From the NCBI GenBank assembly GCA_028534125.1, contig CM052817.1, forward strand, positions 88,042,001 to 88,106,000: 64,000 nucleotides of DNA, written 5' to 3'. The notes beneath the pieces are model-generated. The model worked only from the letters and a program-made list of their open reading frames with translations. It searched no databases and was not told the DNA's origin. Made by a program: the position numbers and the translations under genes. The stretch is from Lama glama. Taxonomy: Eukaryota. Shown piece after piece: positions 40,901 through 53,369 of the stretch (position 1 is its first letter; the number at the start of each line of letters is the position of its first letter).

Positions 40901-41394
40901 TTCAGGGGCTCTAAGAATTTTACGTCCATTTTTTACATTCATCTGCGGTACATTATTTCAGTTAATAAGCTAGAGTATGTTACATATAATTATTAAAGGT
41001 CAATTGCCTTCATCACTATTTTAATTGTAAATACCACATTGTATGGCTCCTCAAGTTCAGCCCTCAGATGTTAATGTGCACTGGCTGGACGTATTCAGTT
41101 TTAAATTATACAGGGTTGAATTCATCTTTTCTAGCAACAACATTCCTTTGTTCAGCACGAACTTGAATTACCTGAAGTTTCAAGCACCCTTCACTTTCAA
41201 TTGCCCACCATTAGAAAACACACACACAATTTTAAATGTACTGTGATTAAGTAATTTTATGAGTTCTACACCAATTTTCTGTATTTTCAAAATGGAAGTG
41301 AAAAAAATTGTTGAAGATTTTTAAATTATTTTTTTATGCTACAGTTTAGGCATGGCACCTGCATTAAAGTATATACTCAGTGGCTGAAACAAGG

Positions 41395-41525
41395 CAGAGC
41401 TATGACAGTCAGGCAGAGCTGGGTTCAAATCCAGCTCTGTTACTTAATATCTGGTGGAGGTAGGCAAGTATATAATGTCTTTGGATCTCTGCTTCTACTT
41501 CTCTAAGAGAAAAATACCAATCCCA
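41395..41525 (+). mobile_element. MIR
   Basis: agtcaggcagagctgggttcaaatccagctctgttacttaat...ggcaagtatataatgtctttgg. Confidence 0.75.
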
Positions 41526-41578
41526 TGGTGGAGCACGGGTGAATTAGGTGCCCTAACTGTCTGTTGTTAACTTGACAT

Positions 41579-41678
41579 NNNNNNNNNNNNNNNNNNNNNN
41601 NNNNNNNNNNNNNNNNNNNNNNNNNNNNNNNNNNNNNNNNNNNNNNNNNNNNNNNNNNNNNNNNNNNNNNNNNNNNNN
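41579..41678. other. Assembly gap (100 N, probably a placeholder of unknown true size)
   Basis: Run of exactly 100 N. Confidence 0.99.
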
Positions 41679-42151
41679 GGGTCTCACTCTAAGCCCGCAA
41701 GACGCTAAGCCAAGAATGGACATTGAGTTTATTTTCAGCAGTTAATTTATACAATTTCAACTAGCTATCTTGTGCATTCCTGCACGTAGGCATAGGTATT
41801 GTTTTAGGGCTCATTATCTCGTATATTGTTCTATAGATTAACATTGTTTATAGTACTCATACACTAAAGTTAATGTTTCCGCATATCAAGATCACTAACT
41901 AAGATAATTATTCAAGTAAACTGAGATCACTAACTTGTATGCAGATTGTATCTCTCTGTTCTAAGGTCATCAGTGACTTAATAGCTCTGGATGTTCCTAG
42001 AGCTTTAGAACACCTGGTGCATTCTTCTTCAAAGGGGTGGCTGGACAGAGATTGTCTTTGCTAGATCAATCTCAGAGCTGACGCCAGCACTTTGGGATTT
42101 TCTGTCCTGTTCCGTGCTCGGCAGTCCTCAGGTCATGAGTGACTCCCCGCA
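41679..42151 (-). mobile_element. Betaretrovirus-like (ERV2/class II) LTR, U5 end lost in the gap
   Basis: Minus strand starts TGCGGGGAG at 42151. TATAAA (41746-41751) is followed 12 nt later by AATAAA (41728-41733). U3 direct repeat agatcactaact at 41889-41900 and 41924-41935. Flank gacatc (42152-42157) matches gacat immediately left of the gap (41574-41578). Confidence 0.8.
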
Positions 42152-43697
42152 GACATCACTGCCATCACTTTTAAAAACCTCCTCTGCATTATTCCTGGGA
42201 TGCCAAAACTTGTGTTTGCCCCAATCCATTTTTCCATTGAATTCTCAGTTTGCCATTTTAAATGGCAGCCTTGCCAGGGGGTTCAGTGGAACAGAAAAGT
42301 TAGAATTCTCTGCAGGCAGTTGCTGCCAGATGTGTGGATGGACATGAGGCTCACAGATGCATCCTCGTGAGTTCTTTGGAGTTTCAGCGTGAAATCTTCC
42401 CTGTTTTTTCCTGAGCTTTAGTGAGCATTTCTATGACTTTTTCCTTTCCCAGTCTTTCAATAATTGTGTAAGCCCTGAATTCCTATAATAACACATCCAT
42501 TCTTGGATTACACACAGTGGCTTCTGTTTTCCTGAGTACGGTAAACTAACACTAATAATATCATAAAACAAGACAAATCTCAAATATCTTAAATCAACTA
42601 GGTAAGCCATGAATTAAGTCATACTCTAAACATCAACATAGAGGATACTTTGCCCTGTTTATTTCTCTACCTTAGGGCACCAGAAACAGTTCCTGGCATA
42701 AGCAAAATTGTTCTAGACTTTCCATTATCAAAGCTTAATAAAATATCACCGGTGAATTTTATTTAATTGCCTTATTTATCAATATGAATTTACATAATTA
42801 AAATACTTATGATATGCATGAAGATTAATGAATAATTATCGTACTGGATTAAGAGATATACACATGAAAAAATCATCATTGCATTTCAGGAAACTTTGAT
42901 TTGCAGAAGTGTAATTGGGATCTTTGGTGGGATCTGGTACAAAAAGTATCAGGTTTAAAATAAAAAAATCATATTTTATTCAGATGGTGATATAAAAAGA
43001 TATTTCAAAGAGATATTTCTTGGGGAGGATGGATTATATTTGTGAAACACACTTATGTAACTCAAATAATATTTTAGACACAAAGATATTAGCAATACAA
43101 TATCTAAAAAGTTGTATACATGTAAACACACACACTGTATATATATGCTATTTTATCACCCATACAATGTTGAAGAAAATGATTTATGAATTATACAGTT
43201 TAGGTAATGTAATCATACCAATCTTGCTTTCTTGTCCTCATTAAATTATACAGTTTGTTAATGATAAATAAATATAATTTTGGAAAATAATTCAACCTTA
43301 TTATAAAATGGTTACATGTATCTTAAAATAATAAACTGAAGTTCTCATAAGGGAATAATCAATACATGCTTGAATTTATTTTCAGTTTAGGAACATGAAA
43401 AAGGAGAGTTAGATTAAGGCCTTTCAAAATGTTACCAAAACTTTTTTTTTTCCTTCCTCACATCAAGACTGATTCTTTGACGGATGATCTCAAGACCGTA
43501 CCTCTTTGATTATTTCTAACATTTTATAAGACCAGATATGCAAATATCCTTGTGCTTACAACAGTTACTTAGTTTGTACAACATTTGTCTCTGTATAAAA
43601 TAGTGGAAATAGATCCAGCTTCTACAGATATTTCATTTTTTATAATGTCTATTTGTATAAGGATCTTTTGGTATTAATTACTTTAATAAGACTTCTT

Positions 43698-43721
43698 GTT
43701 TGTTTGTTTGTTTGTTTGTTT
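43698..43721. repeat. (GTTT)n microsatellite
   Basis: gtttgtttgtttgtttgtttgttt. Confidence 0.9.
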
Positions 43722-46267
43722 TTTAATGTGGTAAGGGGCCAATGGAGATGGGCTGAAAGTCAAATACACAGGCTGTGTGATACATAGTTTACTTAGAAAA
43801 TCTTCAGGCAGTTTCCATGGCAGCTAAAAAATAAATATGTTATAAAATAAATTATTTAAAGTTTAACTTCTCTTTAAAGATATTAGAGTGCATATCTCTC
43901 AAAGATAGAAAAGAATTATTAAAGGCTGTTTCACATGTCTGTTAATAAGTAAAGCTTATTAACAAATACATTTAATATATTTTAAAAAACTAGCATACTT
44001 AAATTTAAGAGAAAAAAATAGCTACATTATATATTGAAGATTCCAAACTTCAATTATAGGAGCTGTCAAGAGGAATATATATTTCATTTGTATCTAACAT
44101 ATTTTAAGTTCCACACTCCCCTGAATCTCTGAGGATCCCAGGTCACCTGTGGATTTTATATCTTATAGCCCACACCTGAGCACTTTAGTCACTGTGGTGA
44201 ATACACTGTCTCTTCCAGTAAATACAAGGTCCTGTCCATGACCATAAAATCTTGAACAAGGTTAATAAATAATCCATATGGAATTGAATCTTGCTGTCAT
44301 ATTAGTTTCTGGCTAATCTGGTTTTGGCAAGTATATAATTACTTCTATGAAATTAGTAGATTGTTTGCTCTGTGTTCAGCAGTGATATAACATGTAGTGA
44401 CAGAAACAAAGGAGCTTACTGACCATCAGAGCTTTCTGCCTAGACCTAGATTTACTACTCGGGGTGCTAGGGAATTAGGTGAAGAGGCAGCTGACCTAAT
44501 AAAAACATTGTGTGACCTCTAAATCCCATATAAAAGACCCAATGATTTTGATACTCCTTTTGACATATCTCTAATCTTTAAAAATATGTATTTATATGTA
44601 TATTTGTTGTCTATGTATTTATTTATACACTTACATGTGTATATACACATATGTGTTCTTTTTCTGAAATGTTGTTTATTTAGCTTACCATGAGGATACA
44701 TTTTACCTTTGCTGGGAGCTTTTTTTTACCATCCATTATTAGTTAGATACACTATGCTACACTATACATTTTTTCTACTTTAGCTAAAATAGGAATATAT
44801 ATTAATATCATACATTTCAGAGAGGTGCATTTTTCTCATTTAATTATACTGTCATGTTTATCATTTTCTATAATATCCAATAAATTTTACTAATTCTTTC
44901 ATAATTATTTTAAGTATTATAATATCACATGTAATAATGTCCATGTTATTTGCAATATGCATCGAACAACGAAGCTGGAATTTTTCAGAAAATAAAATTG
45001 ATAGAGTTTTATAAATTGCAAAGAAATTTTCAAAAATCAGAAAGAGAGTAAGAGAGAAAGACACAGAAAGAGAGAGACAGAAAGACAGAAAATATGAAAT
45101 AAAGTTAAAATTTTTGGAATAAAATATTTAAACCAAAGACCAAACAAAAGAAAACCAAATTAACATCATTTACAAAAGAAAATAATCTGTTTAGTTCCTT
45201 TCTTACCATAAAATAAGTTTCAAAAATATTTTAACAGTAACTTATTCCTGTAAGTCTCTTTTCAGTGAAAAAAAATGTATATTTCTTTACATTTTAATAT
45301 TTTCAAATTCGATGAGTCTATTTAGATACTAGGTAATGGGATTCATTTATGCCAGTAATGCTGAATGCATTTTAATAGTTACCACATGAAAATTAAATAG
45401 GTCTTTCGAAGGAGTCAGTAAAAGAGAGTATGTTAAAGAGATTTTTAAAAAATTAAAAACCCACTAAAGAAAACACGTGTAACATCTGTTATTTTTAGGA
45501 TACAAGATTTTAACATCTTTAAAGATAGTACTAGAAGTGCCCAGGATAGTACTAGAAAAACCCAGTCTTAAGGTAATCTTATTCAAGAATAGAGTAGGGA
45601 TGGTGAAATATATCAGAATTCCCTTTAAAATGCAACTATCTATCAATTTACATAAGTACATACAACGGTAATTAAATCTAATTTCATAAAGGCAAGCTCA
45701 AAGCTTTAATTTTTGGTTCATTTTGTTTTATAAATAAAAGATTAAAAAATAGTGATTTTATAACAAATCTGTGACACCATCATATTCATCAATGCAAAAG
45801 TTAGAATTATGTTCATCAGTTAAAAAAATTAAATTTAAAATGGGCAAGCAGTGAATAATTTTGAGAGTGAAAAGATCACTGTACTAGCTGAAATAATAAC
45901 GAGTTCTAATGATCTATTTTGCAGTCATAAATTTTATTCACAGGATTAAAATGATAGAAGAGGTATTGAAATATTTTTTAATTATAAAAATATTAGTAGT
46001 AACTAAAAGAACATTAGGTATCAGTGTTGAAAATCAGTGTTTATATTTTGTTGATAAAAGGGAAATGGTAAAGTTAGGAGAGAAAGAAAATCAGCTGAGA
46101 CTGTCATAGCCAGGAAAGGGAGGTTCTGCTTCAGGATCTTAAGGCAGTTTTCTCCTGGGCCTGCAAAAAAAAATTATGCTAACATTTATTGTTCATTTAT
46201 TACATACACTTGGATTTTTTTTAAGTGAGGACATCTGGCAAAAGCCTGCTAGGCTTTGCTCTGCAAC

Positions 46268-46673
46268 TGTACTGAGGGTCCCAAGACCACCTTCGGGCTC
46301 AATGGTTTGCTAGAAGGTCTCCCAGGACTCAAAAAAGCTGTTATTCTCACAAATATGGTGAAAAATATAGATTAAAATTAGCCAAGGCATGTAGCGCCTG
46401 CATGAATGACCTCAGCTACCTATACTCCAGATCCACAAGTACAAAATCAGGTATTCATCCTAAATCACATTGTTAGCATCACCTGTATGACCAAGTTGGT
46501 ACTGGGTAGTTCACTGCCTCAGGCATACAAAACCAGTCTTATCAGTAGACTGTTCCTAAGGCTCAGGGTTCATGTCTCCAGGGTTGGCCAAGGGCTAGTC
46601 CTAAAGGCAGGCCTTTCTTGGAAATGCCAGATTTGAACTACCCAGGCCTGCTGAATTAATTCGTTTCTATATA
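46268..46673 (-). mobile_element. MER77-like LTR (internally deleted)
   Basis: tgtactgagggtcccaagaccacc...tttgctagaaggtctcccaggactca...cccaggcctgctgaattaattc. Confidence 0.75.
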
Positions 46674-47748
46674 GGAATCAATTACCCCAAAACTCAGTGG
46701 CGTGACACAACAATATTTATTACCTCACAGTTGCTGTGGGTCAAGAATGCAGGTGCAGATCACCTGGGTCTTCTGTTTCAGAGTCTCTCATAGGCCGCAA
46801 AATGTTGGTCAGAGATGTAATTATCTCAGCGTCCACTGGGGAAGGGTACACTTCCAAGTTCACTCTTGTGGGTGTGGGAAAGATTCATTTCCTTGCGGGC
46901 TCTTGGAATGAGAGCTTCAATTCCTCACCTGCTGTTGGCAAAGGACAGTCCTCAGTTCCTTGCCATGCGAGCCTCTCCAACAGGATAGCTTGCTTCCTGA
47001 AAGAGAACAAGTCAAGAAAGGCAAGAGAGTGCCAACAAGAGAAAGGGTGCTAGCAAGATGAAAGTCATAGTCTGTATAATCTAATATTGAAAGTGTGAAC
47101 GAAAAATACTGCAAACCATATCAGTAAACAAAGAATGTTGAAGCCATTAAGTCATCAGCGGCTGCCACCCGCCCCCTCCCACCACCCCCCCAGCGAAGAC
47201 AAGCCTGCAGCCCAGCCTCTGCAGCCACTCACAATGGTGCACCCTGAGGGGACTCAGAATAAGAAAGGACAGGATACTGGCCCTAGATAGCTAGGGGTTT
47301 GTCAAAGGAATGAATTCAATGAGCCCAAATGTTTGCTTCCTCCCATACATAGAAAAGCACTAAATCCTTTAACTTGAGATGCCTGGTTTTCTTTAGATAA
47401 CAAGCAATCTTTTATTGTTCCAACTGCCTGGTCTTTGTTGTAAAGCTCCTATATATCCTTGTTCCTACACTACCTCTTCAGAGCCGTCCCTCAGAACGAT
47501 CTGAGAGGCAGCCATCCGGCTCAAATCCTCCCAGCAAATAAAACATAACTCTCAACTTTTAGGCTGCGCATTTATTTCAGTCGACAAAAGCAATAACCCA
47601 TCACTTCTGCCATATTTATATTCGTTTGAGGCAAGTTCATTATGTTCATTTAAAGGTCCAGCTCACATCAAAGGAAGGGAATCACCCAAGGGCATGTATA
47701 GCAGGAAGCATGGATCCTTTCAACGATTTTAGAAGCCCACGTTCCACA
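46674..47748 (-). mobile_element. MLT1F-like MaLR LTR split by an ERV1 LTR (pieces 46674-47093 and 47587-47748)
   Basis: aattaccccaaaactcagtggc...tattacctcacagttgctgtgggtcaagaat...cacttccaagttcactc...ccatcacttctgccatatt...ccaca. Confidence 0.85.
47094..47586 (+). mobile_element. MER41-like ERV1 solo LTR (Laurasiatherian/cetartiodactyl type) with 4-bp TSD
   Basis: TG...CA termini; TSD aaag (47090-47093 / 47587-47590); ctatatatcc TATA-like box; 3' end aataaaacataactctcaacttttaggctgcgcatttatttcagtcgaca. Confidence 0.82.
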
Positions 47749-48287
47749 ATACTGAAGGTAAAGAATTTTTACAAGAAATCCAGATTAATTTGTAGAGCCA
47801 CTCTGTGGCAATGATGCAATAAGACAAAAGCAAATCCACTCAATAATCATGTCTGAACACAAAGAGGAGGATACAATACAATCAGAAAATGTATGCCTCT
47901 CTCTTGACTAGCATGTATCACTGCTGCTTCTTTATCTATGCTTTTCCTATGCATCGGGCTACCTATGTTACCTATGTTAAACCCAGGCATAAATGAATCC
48001 CATTACCTAAAACTATGTGTTTAGTTCCTCTTGCCCCCTAGATAAAAATTTTTAGGACATTCAACCATGAAATTGACCTCACCCCTGGGAGCAAACAATC
48101 TAGAACAACTCCGCACTTATTTAAACCCTTGCTAAACCAAAACCCTCTAACAAGCCTCTTCTAAACCCTCCTACTGAGACGCCTCATGGTTCCCCATGGT
48201 ACCCTTCTCCCTGCTGTAGTAAGCTAATACACCCAACTTTCTTTCACTATAGGTGATTCCTTGTGGTCTCTGGCTGGTGGGGATACA
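47749..48287 (+). mobile_element. MER110/MER90-like ERV1 LTR
   Basis: taatcatgtctgaacac..., actgctgcttcttta, ctactgagacgcctcatggttccccatggt...aggtgattccttgtggtctctggctggtgggg. Confidence 0.7.
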
Positions 48288-48481
48288 TATTAGGCTTTGT
48301 GCTAAGAACTTTGCATAGATTGTTTTATTTAAATCCCCCAAACCCCATTAGACATGTACTATTAATAGCCATAGTTATCAAATAAGTATTAGAGGCTTAG
48401 AGACTTGTAACAACTTTCCCTACTGGCAAAACTAAGAATTAAACCCAGACAGTTTGTCTCTTCCATGAGCTTTAAATCACT
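48288..48481 (-). mobile_element. MIR
   Basis: aggctttgtgctaagaactttgcatagatt...agaggcttagaga...aattaaacccagacagtttgtctc. Confidence 0.75.
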
Positions 48482-49795
48482 CAACACATACATTTCTTCT
48501 ACTAACTCTTTGCTAAGTACTATCAAAATGGTATAATGATGTATTTTTTATATCTGTCTCACCTTTAAACTATAATACTCTCCCTGGAGGGGACAGACTG
48601 CTTTATAAGTCTGTTGAGTGAATAAAATATTGCAATTAACCACATATATGTATTTCACTTAAAATGACATGTATATAAAATTTAATTATATTTTCATCCC
48701 TGACCTCTATCTTGGACTACATTTCTAAATTTCTGCTATTGCTCTCAACTTTTCTTCTGGTTAAAGTGAACATGTATGTCTCGTTGTGCGTTTATCTCCC
48801 TGCTTCTACTGCAAGTCTGCTTTCCTGTGCCTGAGTTCCTGGGTGGTTACCTTTCTCACACAGCTGGTCTTCTGGAATTATGGTCTGTTTTTCTAATTTA
48901 ATCCTGACATGTCAAAACCACCTTCATGGCTGATTCCTTATTTTTTGCCTTTAACCTGGATGAGAACAACTTTCAGGGCTTATGGGTATTCTGTTCAGAA
49001 GTGATGATGGGTAATACCCATGCAGTTGGATCTGTTTAGTACCTACTTAATGTCTTTTTGCTTGAAGGTAATCTTTGCTTAACTTCCCAGTCTGTCTGAT
49101 CTGTTTTTCCCAACACAATCAGTGCCTCCTAAAAGGTACCTGAACTCCAGATGTGACATGCCTCGGTACTGGGTAACTTGAAAAAATGTTTCCATTCGAT
49201 AGTTTTGACAATAAATAAAGTCTTACCCAGCTTCTCTTCTTACTCACAGTCATGCCTATGCTATATGCTGCTATTAGAATTATCTGCCTAGACTGCAGAA
49301 TTGTTTAAAACATGTAATTTCTTTATTGAAACATCTATCCCTAGTACTGTGTTGTTTACAGATTGCTTTATTCCTAGGTCTGTTGTTTATAGCTCTTGCA
49401 ATGTACTTTCTTCACTTTTCAAATCTATAAACTCCTCAAACTACTTACTGCAATCAAAACTGTCTGTCAGCTCCCAAATGACTGTGTATGTATAAATATT
49501 TGTATGCTCAAACCTTGCTCAAGTCCCAATTTGTCTGTAAAGTCTCTGTTTTACCGTCATCTGCTTCTAGTGATCTTACCCTTTGAGTATCTAAAACATG
49601 ATTATCTAAATCCTATGTGGAACTGTCATTTCATACTTTATGTGCTATACCTGAACAAGATTTTAAAGCCAGCACATAGACAACATTATGAAGATTCCTG
49701 TTTTTTTAAGTTAGAAAAAAGAAAAAGAAAAATGTCTTAAATTATTCACTGATAGAAATAACTCAGTGGGTTATTTGTGAGTTAAGTGGGTTTCA

Positions 49796-50271
49796 TGTTT
49801 TCTAATATTGGTTCTCCCAGAGGAAGAGCGAGACTAACGATAAACTGCAGATGGACTATTTGGGAAGAAATTCATGAACACTGATGGGAGCACAGGGAAA
49901 TGAAACAGGAAGGGAAGGAGCTAACAAAATTGGTAAACAGGATAGCACTGTGAGCAAACAGAGCTCAGTCCTTGTGAAGAATTCTGGGAAATGATTTAAA
50001 ACACAGACCCATGACATCAAAACAAGGGATGGGATGAAAATTTCCCCCAACTCCTGTCTGTCATTAGTTGAAGCCAGTTCCCAAAGAGTATTAATTTCCA
50101 GCCCTTCCACACAGCACCTCTCTTCATTGTGCATGGGCAGAGAGAACTGGTGTGGACACACAAGACTGAGGTAAAACGCTGTGGTGAGGCTGGCAGTTGG
50201 CTTTGGGGGAAGCCTTTGCGGAAACTTTAAGTACTAAGGGGGGATGGAAGGACACTAATGCAGCTGCTACT
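49796..50271 (-). mobile_element. LTR16-family LTR
   Basis: ggttctcccagaggaagag...tatttggga...gggaaatgaaacaggaagggaagg...gagctcagtcc...ccaactcctgtctgtcattagttga...gctgctac. Confidence 0.75.
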
Positions 50272-52049
50272 GAGGGTGAAGAAATTAGGAAATATCTTTA
50301 TTAAGTTACATTAATTTGGTGTTGCTCTGGGAAAGTATGTCTGGAATATGACTATAATAATAAAAACAATGTTACTAATAATTTCCAAGCACTTCATTTA
50401 ATGAAAGACCATGTTACCAGATAAAGGGTTTGAAGAGGGAAAGCTGGAAAATCAGATATAACATTGGAAATTATGATCATTGTGTCTCGTTTGCTTCATG
50501 GGAGATGGTCTCCTATTCTAGTGCCATTTAAAGTTTGGGCAGCAAAGTATGTCACTGGATCACCATAATAACAAAAGCTTGTGTTATGATTTAAATCCAC
50601 TAGACCATATTACTTTGGTTAGCTGAGATTTCAATTTATATTCTGGCACAGGCTTCTCATCTCCCCACATAGCTGACGACAAAGTTTGTGGGCCAGATAT
50701 TTTGCGAAGTACAAACTCATGAAGCTATTTTGCTCCACCCTGTAATTGTATACCTTTTTAAACCTGCCACATTTTATTGCTCTGCTTACATACTCAACAA
50801 GCGGCCTTGGATAATAATTTGGTTTTTCATGTAAACTCAATAGAAAAAAATTGGATAGGCCAATTAGACTAAATACGATTGTTAATTTATTGGTTATATG
50901 TTTGCTCTAGATGAATAGGTCACCCCTTTGATTCATGCATCAATTTCGTGTGAGTTTTATTAGTAGATCAGACTCCCAGGAGACTTGTTACCTGCAGGTG
51001 TGCTGATGAAACTGAACTTCTGGACATCCAGTGCTTATTACCAAACCCTGAAATATGGCTGCCAGCTTGTGAAGCAATGTCTGGGGGGTCAGTGTGCCTC
51101 CAGGTGTGATAGTTCTTCCTCTTTCATCTGCAGCAGTAAGAGACCTTAAACGACAGGGGCAGGATTCATTCCTCTTCTAGAATCTACCTTATTACAGTTT
51201 GTAGACATTTACCGATCATGGTTATAAATGGTCAAAGCACCTCTGAAAAGTTGTTCAGGCCAGTTAATTATCAAATAAGGAAAATGATATCCATAGAGTT
51301 GACATTAGTGGGCCAAGACAATTTAGTTAATTACAGAAAGTACTAGACTCAAGGATTCCTAAACCCCATTCCAATACTTTATCTCCTTTCTCAAACTAAA
51401 TCCTTCAGAAAAATTATATATATATATATGTACACATATAATTTGCTGATATTCAGTTTCTCACTTTGCTAATACTCAGTTGCCAACTTTTGCATAGTGA
51501 GTAATAATATAGCTGAATAAATAGATATAAAAATTATATCATTATATCTTTAGAACATTTAGTTTTATGTTAAATGAATCCAAATTTATTTTCTCTCTGA
51601 GATCTAGTTTTCTATAAGTGACTCAGACATTGGAGGTGATATTATCATAGTTGGTCCCAGGACTGAAAGATTAAGTTGAAAAGAAAACTAACTTAAGCAT
51701 ACATAAGAATTTCAGCTATCTCTTATTTCTCTACCCAAAATCTGCTGAAAGAGTTGTCCAATTTAGTATGTCCATCCTAATAAACGAATATCCAGCAAAC
51801 TTTTTTTTGCAAAATTCTAAAATAGCACTTTTTTTTAATCAGGAATAAGTTGTATTTAAAGAGATCTATCATTTAATAAAATTTTATAAGCACTGAAATT
51901 ATCATTTCAGTTATCTTTCAAATATGGAAGAAAGGCATAAGTGTAATGTGCATTACACTTTCTTCATTTGTAGCTTTTCTAAATATACTTGGAAATTCAG
52001 GTTTTGAGTTCATAGATCAGATAAGGCAGAAAATAGACTCTTTCGGAGA

Positions 52050-52195
52050 ACGTGAAAATACACTGCGTTCGGAGTATGAAAGTTAATTTAGATTTCTGGA
52101 TAAATCCCTGGGTCTCTGTTTCCTAATTTGTAAAATAAGGAGCTGAGGAAAAAACGACATTTTATAATCCTTTCTAGATCTAAAGTGCTGCAATT
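52050..52195 (+). mobile_element. MIR/MIR3 fragment
   Basis: ctgggtctctgtttcctaatttgtaaaataagg...tcctttctagatctaaagtgctg. Confidence 0.6.
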
Positions 52196-52842
52196 TAGAT
52201 TGAGTCTGTATTGATGTGGATGTGAGTATCAAGGAAGAGAACACGAAGGAAAAAACAACCTCATAGAGCTCTGTGATCAGCTCTATGATGCAAAGCTAAT
52301 GGGACACGTGCTAATGGATGAACACAAACGTCAGAATAGTGAGACTAAGTGTGTGTACCGTCTGCCCTCAATGATGGGAGTCAGCAAGTAAAACCATGCT
52401 CAGCAAGGTATATAGTGTACCAGGGTGTGGTTATTGTGTTGAAGAACATTCCCAAAGGCATAGGCTAAGAGAGAATAGAAAACAGAATGATTTACTCATC
52501 ATGAGGAATCACCTAACATGACTGAGTGGGAAAAGTTAAACATTCTATCCAGTTTTCCTGTGTTATGCTACTTAGCACTTATTTCACTATCACTTATTTG
52601 ATATATGGCTTGATTTATTTACCAATTTTCAACTTTTTGTTTTGCAAAATTAGAAATTCTTTGAGCAAAGGGAGCATGTTTTACTCATCCTCATTCTAAC
52701 ACCACACGCTATAGTATTTTTCAAGGGCTGATGCATAAAAAAATTATGTGAGTTAACTATTATGAGTCACCAAAAGCCACTTTGGGGCCATTAATATTAC
52801 TAATTATAGGTAAAATCTTGGAGGTAAAAACATATAAAACCA

Positions 52843-53212
52843 TGTGAGGCAGAGACCACCGCAAGTTTTCTCAAAATATAAGATTTCCCTGTTACACTGG
52901 GTTATGAACACGGTAAAGAAGTGACATTGTACCTTCCAAGAATATAACAGCTAACATACAATTTGCTCCACACCACTGGACCTAGAGCAGCTTTAATAAG
53001 GGAGGTGAACTTGAGACTAGAGAACATGAAAAATGAACATAAAAACCAAATAAATCAAGACAAAATAATCTAGAGAAGACATCTGGGTCCCTGAAAGTTT
53101 TGTGGAAAACATTGCTTGTCCAAGTCTGGTCATTAATGTACAAAACTTTGTTTCTTTTATTAAGCCATTAACTAGCTGTCTCTAACACTCATATTTATTC
53201 CTGACTGAAGCA
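52843..53212 (+). mobile_element. Old MLT1 (J/K-like) LTR
   Basis: atctgggtccctga..., ttttattaagccatt..., attcctgactgaagca; heavily decayed. Confidence 0.5.
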
Positions 53213-53369
53213 CCAAGAACAAAGAATGTAAAGTCAAGGCAAACGTGTCTGAAGTGTTAGCTATGACAATGGCAGAGTTTCATCATTGCGTGCCTTCTGA
53301 TCTCAGTAATCTGAATGAGTCACTGGTTTATTGATGAAAAACATATCTTATACTGGTTCACTATCCTTG

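Larger units (their letters stand above)
41526..42553 (+). mobile_element. LTR33-like class III LTR split by a younger LTR (pieces 41526-41578 and 42152-42553)
   Basis: 3' end cccagtctttcaataattgtgtaagccctgaattcctataata...agtggcttctgttttcctga resembles LTR33. Confidence 0.6.
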
